Positions 20,923-37,818 of a DNA stretch of 64,000 nucleotides are shown one piece after another. The DNA comes from the human T2T-CHM13v2.0 reference genome, Homo sapiens, in the NCBI RefSeq assembly GCF_009914755.1, contig NC_060936.1; one strand, given 5' to 3'. Position numbers and translations under genes: made by a program. The notes below the pieces were generated by a model. That model had not been told where the DNA came from. It saw only the letters and a program-made list of their open reading frames with translations, and searched no databases. How positions within the stretch are numbered: the first letter of the stretch is position 1; every line of letters starts with the position of its first letter.

Positions 20923-22807
20923 CTGACAGAACAAATGATATGAAGGAAAGTATAAAAACTAAAGAAAAAAATGAGGGAAAAAAGTAAACAGAAAAAAAGT
21001 AAAATGACAAAAATGATTTCTTGTACATTTTAACCCTTTGAGGACAGTCATTTGATTTGTGATAAGTTTTAGCATAACTTAACTGACATAAATTCACATT
21101 TTACTTTAACCTCCTTAAGATTAAGTCTGTTTAAATGAATACACGTTCCCAAAGGGTTAATTAGGATCTATACACACTATTGAAGAAGACAGTTAAGACT
21201 TTGCCTATTAATCCTGCTTCTATAACTGTTTCTCAGTAACTGGTTGTTTAAAGGAATATAACATACACTAGATAATTTCACATAATAAATCACAATAATT
21301 CCTACTCAGGAGTAAGATTATTTACTGTATTAGTTTTAACTCTGAGGCATAACGAAAATAAGCAGTAGCTATTATATCCAATTAGAAATGCTGGTTCCTT
21401 ACAATTATCTATGATTTTCATCAGGTTTACACTTGAACCCAGAACTCAGTTTGGAATCTTATTAAGCAAGTCCCATTTAAGTAGAAATAAAACATTACTC
21501 TTCTAGAGTTTGTGACTCCTGTGAGTATCAAATGATAATATTCATTGCTATTTCAAAAAAAAAGTCTTGACCTCATTAAACTAGAAAAAGGGAGACCTTC
21601 TAAATAATTTATACAGTTAAACACTTATCTAAGCGACTGCTTAATAAATACTGCAACTACAAAGCAGTCATCACCAAATAAATTTATACTGATGGATATG
21701 CCTAGGTAAAGATACAGCTAGTATTTAACATTACATATCACTTACCTTAATCTTATCAAACAGTCCAGGTCTCCTCTCCATAGGGTTCCACACACTTAAG
21801 TATCATATATTTCTCAGCCCCCTTCAGGTTTTTTAACTTTAAAATTCTGTTTATAAACAACTAAAATCTTTCCTCAGTGAGCAAAGAAATTTCACCCCCA
21901 ATATTAAGTACTGAAAATACTCAAGAGTGTCCATTTGGAGAGGAATTCTGGAGAAAAGACTCAATGAAAACAAATGAAATTGGAAACTTAGTGTTCTCTA
22001 TTTTCATCTAACTTTCCAAATTTAAATAGCTAAAATTGAATGTCCACTCTTTTCCCACAAAGTTAGTAACATACTATTGCTATTACTATTTCCATACCAT
22101 CCATAGAACTGTTGTTCAGTATCCCTGATTTATGGAAAAGATCCACAACCTACAAGATATATTCAACCTAGATTTAGAGGTAGAGTAAAAAATGTCTTCC
22201 TACTAAAGATTCAGGTTTCTTTTACTTAAGTTGCTAAACTGTAACATCCACCCTTAGACTAAGGGTTGTTTTTGTTGTTTTTTAAGCAAATTTCTCTAGT
22301 CACTTTCTTCACATGACTCTTGATCATGTCTTGTATTATAAGTTACCTCAGATCCTTTCTTGAAGTAAGCATAATATAGAAACAAATAATGAAAATTGAT
22401 CTATATTAACCACAGTGTTGCACATAGGTTAGAATTTTCCATATAAATTATGTCTAAAAAATTTTATTATCCAGTGTTTTTAAAATTGAGAACCTACCCA
22501 AAGTTTCCAATTTCTTTATATGTGAAGTGTTTTTGGCCAAGTGATTGTCTTGGGTTAAATGTAGCACTTTATCTTAGTACATCATGAATATTTCATCATG
22601 CTAAATAATATATATGTCAATGACATATACAATGTTTTACTAATTTAATATCCACAAAAGCCAATTTTAAGTAATGCTGAAGTGAAAGCTACTCACCAAA
22701 TCATTAAAGTGCACATTCATATCAGTTATGTAAACTATTTTAAGTATTTTAAGTATTTAGAAAACTATTTTATCAATGATATTGACAAGTCTGGTCAAAA
22801 TACTTGC

Positions 22808-22986
22808 CTCCATTAACTACTCTTTGGTCTGAACCAGAATTCGGGTTGAAATCTGAAGTGTGAGAAGTGGATCTTGATGGCATGGAGCCCGATCCAGGCT
22901 GGCCCATACGCGGTGAATTCTGTCTCCCACTTCCCCAGGATATGACTTCTCTATTTCTTTGTCCAGGAGGAATATATTTATTTTCC
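22808..22986 (-). CDS. ATXN2: Ataxin-2 exon 9 (179 nt; ENKYIPPGQRNREVISW...QRVVNG), non-canonical GC donor
   Basis: tttcag|GGAAAA...TGGAG|gcaagt; only this boundary keeps frame and sequence into exon 10 (NGG-VPWP). Confidence 0.95.
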
Positions 22987-23119
22987 CTGAAAATGAGAGA
23001 TCCTCTAAATCATTTTATTCTAAAAGGTACCAAGCCAATGAAACATATCTAAAAGTCATCTAGACAGAAGGGAATGCTTGTTACAAAAAGGTTCTACACT
23101 AAACCAAACTGCCTCACTC

Positions 23120-24270
23120 CCAGATGCCCCTGTTCTTCCATCTTACCCTGAGTTCTAACCTCTGGACTGTCCCTTCCCTTAGATTCTGCTCCTAAGCACA
23201 AAGTTTAACAGATGCGTGCTCATTCTCATCCCACTTGACCTCTCTATGGCTGATTCCATCAATCTTGGTCTATCTTCACAACATTTTTTGTCCTTCACTT
23301 TCTCAATTTTATTTTCTCTGAGATCTCTTCTCTCACTGGCTGTTCTTTGGTTTTTCATGGCTCCAATATCGGCAATGCTGATGAAACCTCAAACTGAACC
23401 GCCAGTCTCACAGTGTCAACATCTATCAGTGGACATGTCAATTCAAATCACCAGACTCTAAGCTGACTGCCTTTAAGAGAGGATGCATCTCTTACTTTAC
23501 TAGATAGGTAGCAGGTATTTCTCAACACGTTTATGAATAAATGAAAGACCCACAAGCCCACATATGCAATTAGCTGCACAAACGGAGTCACTGTTTTTCC
23601 CCTCAAACTTGCTCCATGTTTCCTCTCTCTCTTACCAGTACATCCATTAAGTCACTTAGTTATCAAATAAACCTCAGGCTCATCCCTTAACTAGGTGGTT
23701 ACCAAATTCTCACAGTTGAACTATTTCAGTGCACTAACTGTTCTCTGTGTCTCAGCCAGTCCTCAATGCCCCAGGGTTTATTCACCCCATCTCCTTCCAA
23801 CAGGGTGCTCTTTAGCATGACATGCCAAGTCCTTTAATGACCTCAGTTCCTACTATCAACTGCCACTGCTGCACCTGACACAGATCCTGTGTTCCAGACA
23901 CATGCAACAACCAGCCCTCTCCTGAGCTGGCCAAATTTTCTCATAGCCATGCTTGTACATGGCTTTTCATCAGGTGATAAACTCTTCTCCCAACTCTTCT
24001 CTAAGTGTCAAAGACCCTATTATCTTATCACAAAATGTCACCTCCTCAATGAGGTTTTCTCTGACTCTACAGGTTATGCTAGCTCCTCCTCATTCTGTAT
24101 GTTCCTAGTACTTTGAACATGCCTTTAACCAAGCAAATCATATTGTACTGCTGTGATTGTTACACGTGTCCCCCACCAGATAACTATTTTAACAAGCTCT
24201 TCAAGATCTTGGATTGCTCACCGTGATATACCAACACTTGGCTCCACAGAGCTTACTCTCAAAAGCATAT
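23120..24270 (+). mobile_element. L2 fragments in intron 8
   Basis: Pyrimidine-rich L2-like sequence with 3' end-like atgaataaatgaa at ~23533. Confidence 0.5.
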
Positions 24271-24437
24271 TTTCCAAGATCACCATAACCTTTTCTCTAA
24301 CAGATCTTAAACCAATTCTACTTGCATTCTCTACCTAAGCTATATTAAAGGAAGAGGAAATATAATAACAATACACCGTCTCACACAGACCTTGAGTTGT
24401 GTATCCAAAATACTGCATCATGATTTCCTTTAAATAC

Positions 24438-24635
24438 CTAGTGTTTATGCTGTGCCCCTCACGTTCACTGGAATTTCTCTGAACTGCTGTGTATTTTTCT
24501 TCCTCACTCCTATCATCATTTTCCAGGGCCACTCGAGCTTTGTACTGGGCACTTGACTCAATTTCTTCTGCTAACTGGTTTGCCCTTGCTTCCCGTTTTA
24601 AAAATTCTTCTGAGTTATCTCTTTCTAAGGGCACT
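24438..24635 (-). CDS. ATXN2: Ataxin-2 exon 8 (198 nt; VPLERDNSEEFLKREARANQLAEEIE...HSINTR), LsmAD
   Basis: tttcag|AGTGCC...CACTAG|gtattt; in ORF 24335..24661(-). Confidence 0.97.
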
Positions 24636-24746
24636 CTGAAACATGAGGAAAAGAAAAGCAAAATGAGTCCTTTAAAGCCACAGTTTATGTATCTGTCATA
24701 ATCAACTACTAAGAAAGTTTAGAGTTTAGAATACTGGTAAAAACAG

Positions 24747-24773
24747 AAACTAAAACTAAAACTAAAACTAAAA
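24747..24773 (+). repeat. (AAAACT)n short tandem repeat in intron 7
   Basis: aaactaaaactaaaactaaaactaaaa. Confidence 0.85.
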
Positions 24774-24992
24774 GTTATAGTGATCTGTGTATTTATAAAT
24801 CAAAATTCTAACTTTTTTTTCTGTTACCTTTTCTCCAGAGGAACATATTTCAAAAACTGGTTAAACTGTTCACCATAATCTCTGCCCTTGCAAATTTAGA
24901 TATTTTTTAACAACTTAGAAGACAAAACCGGCCAGGCACAGTGGCTCACACCTGTAATCCCAGCACTTTGGGAGGCCGAGGCAGGTGGATCA

Positions 24993-25331
<339 letters not shown>

Positions 25332-25440
25332 TCATGTAATTGTTTAACTTAAAAACTAACAAACATTTATTCATCATAAATTAAGCTGATGAAAATCAAA
25401 GACAAATGCACTAAAATAAAAACAAACTTTTCAAACTTAC

Positions 25441-25532
25441 GTATACGAAGATAAACTGCTATCATACGTAGACACTACACCATAATTTTCTTCATTATAT
25501 CGAAACATATCATTGGGATCCCATCCATTAGA
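25441..25532 (-). CDS. ATXN2: Ataxin-2 exon 7 (92 nt; SNGWDPNDMFRYNEENYGVVSTYDSSLSSYT), LsmAD
   Basis: ttctag|TCTAAT...GTATAC|gtaagt; GWDPNDMF motif of the LsmAD region. Confidence 0.97.
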
Positions 25533-26320
25533 CTAGAAGAAAATGAAGCTTGTTTTTCAAAATGTCAAAGTAGTTGTTCCCTTTCATTCAGTTATAACCA
25601 ACATCTATATTAACAATATCTAACAAACTACTTGAGCAAAATTAGCAAATTAGAAAATAGGAAAAAATTTCCTTAAAAATGTTTTAGAAAAATACTTATC
25701 AGCCCCTCCAGTTGATAAGTAACTATACAACACAATTATTTGAGCAGTTATTTTTAAAGTTTAGAACATTTTAATTACTTCATAAAATAGCCTTCAGATC
25801 AGGGTTCTCTCTTTTCTCTAACCTGTAAAAGCCACCTTTCAGTTAGAGACATCTACATTTACCTGTAACCTTCTTGAGATCACACTGGTCCTCAGGTCTG
25901 TGGAGGACAGGAGGTACATATTTTACTTCTTTTAAACAAGGGATTCCACATGGAACAAGGGGTGCTTTTTAACAGCCAAAAATACTTCCAATGTTTGGGA
26001 GAAAGAAGGGAGAAGCCAACGCTTTCCCTCATATTCAACGATTCCAAGGTCGGACTATGGTACTAGGTCCCTGGCAACCTCCCCTTCCTCCTGGGAATGC
26101 TCAAATGGGAAGGCAGCATGAAACGGTGAACAGGCAATCACTGGACAAAGTCACAAGAACTGGGCTTTAGAAATGGTTTTACCATTAGCAGTTGTGACAC
26201 CTCAGAAGTGGCAACTCTGGATCTCAATACCCTAACCTATAACCTCAGCATAGGTAACTCCACAATTCTACGAGGAAACTATAGGAAATTACCATTCGCA
26301 AAAGGGAGGCTGCCTTCTTT

Positions 26321-26400
26321 TTTTGGTGGGGGGGAGCCAGGGGCAAGCAAGTTTATTAAGAAAGTAAATAAAAGAATCCTACTCCATAGGCAGAGCAGCT
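26321..26400 (-). mobile_element. 80-bp retroposed fragment (MER41-like sequence with AATAAA and short A tail) flanked by 15-bp TSD
   Basis: TSD gaggctgc[c/a]ttcttt at 26306-26320 and 26401-26415; TT/AAAG target site on the minus strand. Confidence 0.75.
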
Positions 26401-26981
26401 GAGGCTGCATTCTTTAACGTAAAAGAATCAACCAATTGGGCCACAGGCTGGAAGACTATTTACCAGTGAATATTACTGCCTGGATAATTATTCTCTAATG
26501 TTTCAACTCCTTTTTTAAAGCCTTACTGGTGAAAAGTATAAAGTCCAGTAAAGGTTGTAATCCATCCCAGAAGAATGAACACATCAACCAAGCAATGCTG
26601 ATGGCAACCTCAATGCTAAGGCTTGCCTCGAAGTTCACCTATTAACCTTGGGTCCTCCTGTGCTACTCCAGGTAAGACTATAATGTAAGTCTACCACCAA
26701 TGCAATTCCTTTTGCCAAACACATGGGCAGGAAATCACACTTACTTATGGAGGCTTTAAAATTACTTAAGTAATGTATGCCCTACATAAAAAAAAAAAAA
26801 AAAAAGCACACAATACGGAAAGACATCCAGTAAAAAGTAAATGTCTTCCAATCCCAGCGTGCATAAATAACTACTATTAAGAGTTCTGGCCGGGCACGGT
26901 GGCTCATGCCTGGTATCCCAGCACTTTGGGAGGCCGAGGCAGGAGGATCACGAAGTCAGGAGATTGAGACCATGCTGGCTA

Positions 26982-27323
<342 letters not shown>

Positions 27324-27999
27324 TTAGCCAGATGTGGTGGCGGGCGCTTGTAGTCCCAGCTACTCAGAAGGCTGAAGCAGGAGAATCGCTTGAACCTGGA
27401 AGGCAGAGGTTTCAGTGAGCCAAGATCACGCCATTGCACTCCAGCCTGGACAACAGAGCAAGACTCCGTCTCAAAAAGAGTTTCTTGGGTGTAATTTCAG
27501 ACATCTTCTAGGCAATAAGAATATGAACAGCTCTTTAAAAAAAAAAAAAAATTTCATGGCCAGGTGCGGTGGCTCATGCCAGTAATCGCAGCACTTTGGG
27601 AGGCTGAGGCAGGTGGATCACGAGTTCAGGAGTTCAAGACCAGCCTGACAAACATGGTGAAACCCCTTCTCTACTAAAAACACAAAAATTAGCTGGGCAT
27701 GGTGGCAGCTACTCAGGAGGCTGAGGCAGGAGAATCGCTTGAACCCGGGAGGCGGAGGTTGCAGTGTGACAGAGCAAGACTCTGTCTCAAAAAAAGAAAA
27801 AAAAAAGCAAATAGGATCCCAGTGTTCTGCAATGTGCTTTTTCTCTTAATAAATCTTAGATATCTTTCCATATTGGAACACCATTCTTTTTGGGAGATAT
27901 GTAGTGTTTCAATTGAATGGTGACATCATAAATCTAACTCATGCTATATTGATAGACACTTAGCATGTTTCCAATTTTTCACTATTAGAAATAATGCTA

Positions 28000-28355
<356 letters not shown>

Positions 28356-29750
28356 TCACACCTGTAATCCCAGCACTTTGGGAGGCTGAGGTGGGTGGAT
28401 TACCTGAGCTCAGGAGTTCCAGATCACCCTGGGCAACATGGTAAAACCCTGTCTCTGCAGAAAAAGAAAAAAAAAAAATCTTCACATATAATTATTTGCA
28501 TGTCTTATGGATATATGAGGGCAAAAATAAATTACTAGAGATAGAACTGCTGGAACAAAGTGTATGTGCATTTTAAATTTTGATTAGCATTGCCAGATTC
28601 TCTCCAGAAAGACTCTATCAATTTATCCACCTCACCAATAGTGTAAAAGAAGTCTCTGTTTCCTCATATTTTTCATACAGGTGACGTGATGTACAGACTT
28701 GAGAACCATTATATTAGGTTATATATGATTTGTTAAAGTTTGAGAATTAATGACATGTTGCCTGTGTATGTCCAGTTTTATTACTAGACTTTAGGTCAAA
28801 GTAGGACATTTCAGGCTTCCTGTCTGAGGAAGAGTGTCATTATTAAGCTGTTATGCCTTAAACATCAAACACAGATATGTTACAAATTCTCTTTCTACTC
28901 AATGGAAGATTCTTCATTCTACTCAAATATTGGTACCATAACACTCATTTTTGGCAAGACACTTTGCTTTATATCTCTATGCTCTCTATCCTAAAGACAG
29001 AGTCTTTATTAAGTATTTGTTTTTATTTTTATTTCTTAGAGAAGGGGTCTCCTTATGTCATTCAGGCTGGACTCCAACTCCTGGGCTCAAGTGATCCTCC
29101 TGCTTCAGCCTCCCAAGTAGCTGGGACTGCAGGCATGTGCCAGCATACCCAGCTAAGCACTTCAAGTACAGATAATGCATTAAAGAGAGAAACAAAACTA
29201 GTATGTGACAAGAGGCGTTTTAGAAATAAAAGAATTTTGTGGAGAATAATCCAAATTTAAGACCAAGAAATTTATGTAATGCTTTAATTCCAATGTAACC
29301 TAATTATTTATCTTAATGACAACCTTTTCTTCAGACAAGAGGCTTAAAATGTCCTACTTCAACCTCTTCTCTAGGTGAAGTCAACAATTAAGACACCACT
29401 TTCCTTAGGCTACCTTATTTGGCTGGGTGTTAAAGCAAAACACACCGGCATTTCCCATGGTTTCTAATTTTAATTTAAGCTACTTCTTATTATTTATTTT
29501 AATCACAAAGAAGTAATTCATGAGCATCCACAAGAACAGACAGTACTCCTGCTTAACCCCTACAAGTAAAATGACAAACATTTTTCTTTATATATTGCTT
29601 GGGAGAAAGTCTCTAGTTATACAACAAACCTGCTGCTCTAAATACACTCACTACAATAACAACAACAACAAAAGCACATTTAAATTACAACCAAGTGACA
29701 GGATGTCATACTGACCAGAGTCTAGCAATAATTACAAAGATGTTACTTAC

Positions 29751-29875
29751 TACGTCATTTTCCAAAGCCTCAAGTTCCTCATTGGCTGTGAGTTCACCTG
29801 CATCCCAGGGCTCCAGGTCCTTCTCTTTGTGTTCGCCATTCACTTTAGCACTGATAGCAGAGTCAGTAAAAGCAT
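29751..29875 (-). CDS. ATXN2: Ataxin-2 exon 6 (125 nt; DAFTDSAISAKVNGEHKEKDLEPWD...LENDV)
   Basis: ttgcag|ATGCTT...GACGTA|gtaagt; contained in ORF 29706..29918(-). Confidence 0.97.
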
Positions 29876-29975
29876 CTGCAAAGAATGGTTTTGGTTGAAA
29901 GTTTATATAATCTGGCAATCAGTTACACTCACACACGTGAATTACCAACAAAGACATATGTTAAAAAACAATTAC

Positions 29976-30119
29976 GAAAAATGAATTTCACATAATTGTT
30001 TAACTTAAAATCTAACAGAAACATTTATTGAACATAATTTAGGTTGATGAAAACAAAAGACCAATGCACTATAATAAAGGTAAACTTAAAACTTATGTAT
30101 GTGAAGATAAACTGCTATC
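29976..30119. repeat. Diverged direct duplicate of 25321-25463 (3' end of exon 7, donor and intron 7 start)
   Basis: Hand alignment ~80-85% identity over ~145 bp. Confidence 0.9.
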
Positions 30120-30195
30120 TAAACTGATACGGAATATATAGTATTCAGTAAAAGTATGCTTTCACGTTTAATTTAGCAAATGGAATCACAGATGA

Positions 30196-30469
<274 letters not shown>

Positions 30470-30653
30470 TGACCTAGTGATACCCCCACCTTGGCCTCCC
30501 AAAGTGCTGGGATTACAGGCATGAGCCACCATGCCCAGCCCACATGAAGCATATTTTAATATATTGACATAATTCATTAAATTATATTACAGGTAATTAC
30601 TCTGCATGTCTCAGAAGTGACCAAGAAAATTTCTGGCCAGATGTGGTGGCTCA

Positions 30654-31297
<644 letters not shown>

Positions 31298-34200
31298 TAG
31301 ATATACCTTCGGAGTACTTGCAGCCAAATATATGTGGATTTTGTTTTTAACTTTCCATATTCATGTCTATGTACAGTGGTCAATATCCCAGCAAACTCTT
31401 GCCATTAGTAAATGAAGCCATTCTAAGTGGTTTAACCCCTCCCAGAACCCACTTCTTCATATATAACCACTCTGCTACAAAGTTCAGGCCCTACAGTATT
31501 ACCTGTCTCAGAAAGTTCAGGTAGCAGGCATACCTGGACTTCCTATTAACACACTCTCACTTTGTGTCCTCTTCTCTTCTACTAATGTTATTGAAGAGTA
31601 CTGACTTATGAAAGCAAATGTAGCATCCACATGTTAGCTGACCATACTGCTGTCTGGCACAGGAAATTTTCTCTAGTTGGGAGTTAGACTCAGCTAAATA
31701 AAGGCCCACTGGGCAATGATGGCACTAGGAAACGCTCTGTAGATACAGGCTTGCATTTAAATGACTGGACCCATAGGGTACCACCTACTACGAACTAAGG
31801 AGTAATACTTCTGCTGATCTGGCTCTGCTGAGGAATATAAGCTCCCAGCCACTGTTCCTTCCCAGTACTGTAAGTTGCCACTAAGAGGAGGAAGGGACGA
31901 ATCAACAACTAAACACACAATACTCCTACAAAAGAGGTTATTCCAGATGGATTTTTTATTTGGCAATGCTTCTATAACTGTCATTGTCTCCCTAATGGGC
32001 AAAGTGATGCCAAAATAAGAAATCTGAGCCAGCAAATTTAAGCATGGAACTTCAAGCCTAGCTAATTCTAACCTCTTCTTATCCCAAACTAGGTGTGGGT
32101 AGGTATGAGTGTGTGTACCTGTACATCAGGGAATAAAAGCATTAATCCACCTCTGGGCTTAGCTGCCAGCTCCACCAGCAGCACTACTCCCATTGCTAGC
32201 AATTCTAAGAGCCAAGAGTGTGCTGAGGGAGTTCCCCAGAGCAGCAGGACTCAGCTGGGGGTGGAATGGAGCATTCACTAGAAATGGCTGAATTTTGGAA
32301 AATCTCTCTAAGAGATTCTAAGAGACTAATGCTATCTTACCAACACCTCATCTTTGCTGAAAGCTACTGATGGCACTAGAAATCTGACCTTATTTGATAC
32401 TAACCTGAATCACGTTCTTCTCTACATTATCTTAAAGTTATGTGGATTGCTGGCAAAAATTAATTTAGCCATGTGTATTTTCAAGAATGTAAAATGTTCC
32501 AAGAAAACATCAAATAATAACCTACCTTAAGATCCTGAAATCCCTTTAATTCTCACAACACTAGACAAAAAACTACACTATAGGAAAATTCCAAACGAGT
32601 CATATTATCTTCTGGAAGAAGCAACAGGACTGTTCCTTTACGTCTAAGATCCTGTTAATGTCTTAATCATACTAGTTTTTGAAAAGCACACATTTAAGTA
32701 AATAAAGCATTTATTTAGATAGAAGCTCAGTATTAAAAACAATACTCTTTTGATTCAAGAAATTAAAGCTCGAAGCAGCTAGAGATTTTTATAGAACCAT
32801 ATAAACGGATTTTTTTCTCACTACAGGGTATGTGTGTGTGTGTGAAAATATTTAGAAAGTCTTGAGTCAAGCCGTCTTCAAACCAAAAGATCCCAAATGT
32901 ACACACAAAGTAGCTTAAATATGTTTTTACAGTATTATTCTAAACAAATTTCTAAAAGGATCCCCAAGTAAGAGCCAGTGTGGAAAAGCAAGCAAGCGTC
33001 TAAAACTTTAGGACCCAGGCTTTATTCCACTGACCAGAATTTAGGTTGTGTTAAGAGGGCATTATTAATAAATCTATTTTTCTCAATGCTACATTTTAAT
33101 CTTAAATCTTCTGTTTACAATACCAAACTTTTTTTAAAAAAAAGTATTCACAGGTTATGTAGCAGTCTGTCGCTTTCGAGACAGAAATGGGGAAGGGGAA
33201 AACACAGAAGTGTGATTCTATAAAGAATGATATTCCTTGGTTTTAAAATTTCACCAAAAGTAGCTCTTTCTAAAGATGAGTAAAGGACTTAGGGGAAGAT
33301 GTGCAGAAGTGGAGAGTTAGCACGAAATGAGGCTATATCATCAGGATGCTGAGAAAATCCCTGGCTATAAGTAATGCATTTCAGGCCAACATTGCATCAT
33401 TAGCTAGAAAGGAAGCAAGATCTGGGTATCCATTCTGCACTATTAATAATATCCACTATCGTAAATTCTGATTTGTTTTACAGTGGTTACAAGTTTGGAT
33501 TTTTGTTTCTGTTTCTTTAAAAAAAATTTGTTTTTGTTTTTGTTTTTTCAGAGATGGGGTCTTTGTCACTCATGCTGGAGTGTAGTGCCGCAATCACTGC
33601 AGCCCTGGGCTCAAGCAATCCTCCCACCTCAGCCTCCCAAGTCGCTGAGATTACAGGCATGAGCCACTATGCCCAGCAAGTCTGGATTTTAAAAAAAAAA
33701 AACACTGTTGGTAGTAAATAGTACAATGTTGTAACCAGGATTCCTGCAAAGTTGAGAAAAAAACAACTGGCTCTAATCTACAGGCAACTGTGGGAATTTG
33801 CATGCAGATTTTACCAATGCCATAAGTCAAAGAATATTAATTTTCCATCATCCCCTATGGTGAGAAACAAAAGCATTGTAACAACAAGATGCAAGAATAC
33901 AACGTGACTATTAGAAAAGTGTTACCTGTTTCTGAAGGAACTACAGGTATAGAGAGAAAAAAGGAAAAACATAAAAACCATCAGATGAGATGATAAAGAA
34001 TTAGTTTTTCAATTTATAAAAGCCTCTAGACTAGCAGGCGATGTTGGAGGAAGAAACAAAATTGTATCACCTCCAGCCCCTGTATCCCACCTCCATGCTA
34101 CCCCCACAGCAGTGGGCTCTCAACACCTTCTCTTCTGATTCTGGGCAGAAACTTAGTCATTTTGGGCCGGTGATGCCACCTGCTGGTGGTCATAAAGAAA

Positions 34201-35091
34201 TGTCTCGACCAACGTGTGAACCTCTTCTGGGTATCCCCAGCCCCATACCCAGGAAACAGAGTACATATTCAGCTTCTCAATCTTTCCTCTTTTACCTCTG
34301 AGCCAATAATGCCTCTGAAAAATCATTCAAACTTGTCTGAGCATTTTTTAAAGGGCCAGAATAATGGTCAAATAACTAAAATGGTAGTGTTAAACATTAG
34401 AAATAAATATACTTAAATGTATAAAAACTATAAAATGACATAAAACTGGATGAAATAATCATTAACATCAGATTTAACATCACAAACCCTCAAATGTGCT
34501 TCCAGAGAAGTCATCAAAATCCTCAGCTAACCATTTCTTCTCAACTAAATCAGCCTTTTCTCAAACATCAAAGTTCCATATAAACCTAAAAAATCATATT
34601 GTTTTGATCAATTCCTATTCCTGCGGCACTTTCAACAACTTTTTAAGACAGTTTCTCATTATGTGTCATCGTTATATGTGGACCAATCTATATACTATAT
34701 AAAGTATCAGTATATAGATTGGTATCAGTGGGACTATTTAGTCATTTTTAGCACTTACTGAGTACCTACAATGCACTCATAAGTCTGGACGAGGTGGGGA
34801 TTCACATTTGACTGATACAATTCCCAGCATTTCCTGTAGGAACTAGGAGCTCCTGGGTGTAAGAGACTAGTTACAGAAATGAAGCAAATCTTTTAGAATC
34901 GAATACAATGAGTGCTACAATACAATTAAAAACAAAGTTCTAAGGAACAAAAGGCTCTGGGCTTTCTAAAGTGACAGTGACAGCCTATCAGCAACAGCTG
35001 ATCTAGGCCTTCAAGAACACAAGAAGAAAATAAGAAAGGGGAAGTAAAATGGTTCCAACATAGACTGGAGTGGCATTAAAAATACGTGTAT

Positions 35092-37306
<2,215 letters not shown>

Positions 37307-37818
37307 CCTCTTTGTACTGACAAGCAGGAAGAAAGAGCCTCTGCCATGAATAAAGCAAATAGGTGAGGGACTGGAAGGAGTGGTCATCAAGGCTGCAGAA
37401 ATAGGTTTAAGGAAAAAAAAAAAAAAAAAAGTCTGCTGAACTCTTCTGAGGCTCCAGCAAGAGCTGGAAACCCTACATTCCTAACTAATCAGCCCCCCAG
37501 TGGGACTTTCTCCAGCCACACCCAGCAGGCTGGATTAGGAGTAGACAGAGTTTAAGATCTTAGAGGAACAGAGAACACTGTGAGGGGCAAGAAGAGAATA
37601 GAAGTGTAAAGTTTATAGCTGTGGTCAGAGTAGATCTTGAAAAGCATTCTGGAAGAGAAGCAGTTCCTTCCGAGTGATGACACAGTCATGAAAGCAGGAT
37701 GCTACAACGCCGTGGAGGTGAAAGGGATGTATGGAACAGAACTTAGGAGGCTATGTTTCCTAAAGAATAGTGTTCTCCAAATGATCCATTTGAAAATAAA
37801 TTATTCCAACACACACTA

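Noticed and set aside
32119-32277. Possible 159-nt cryptic exon in intron 5 (ttctag|TGAATG...TACAG|gtacac) with an in-frame stop
   Set aside because: Weak donor and pyrimidine tract; such pseudo-exons are common and nothing else supports it
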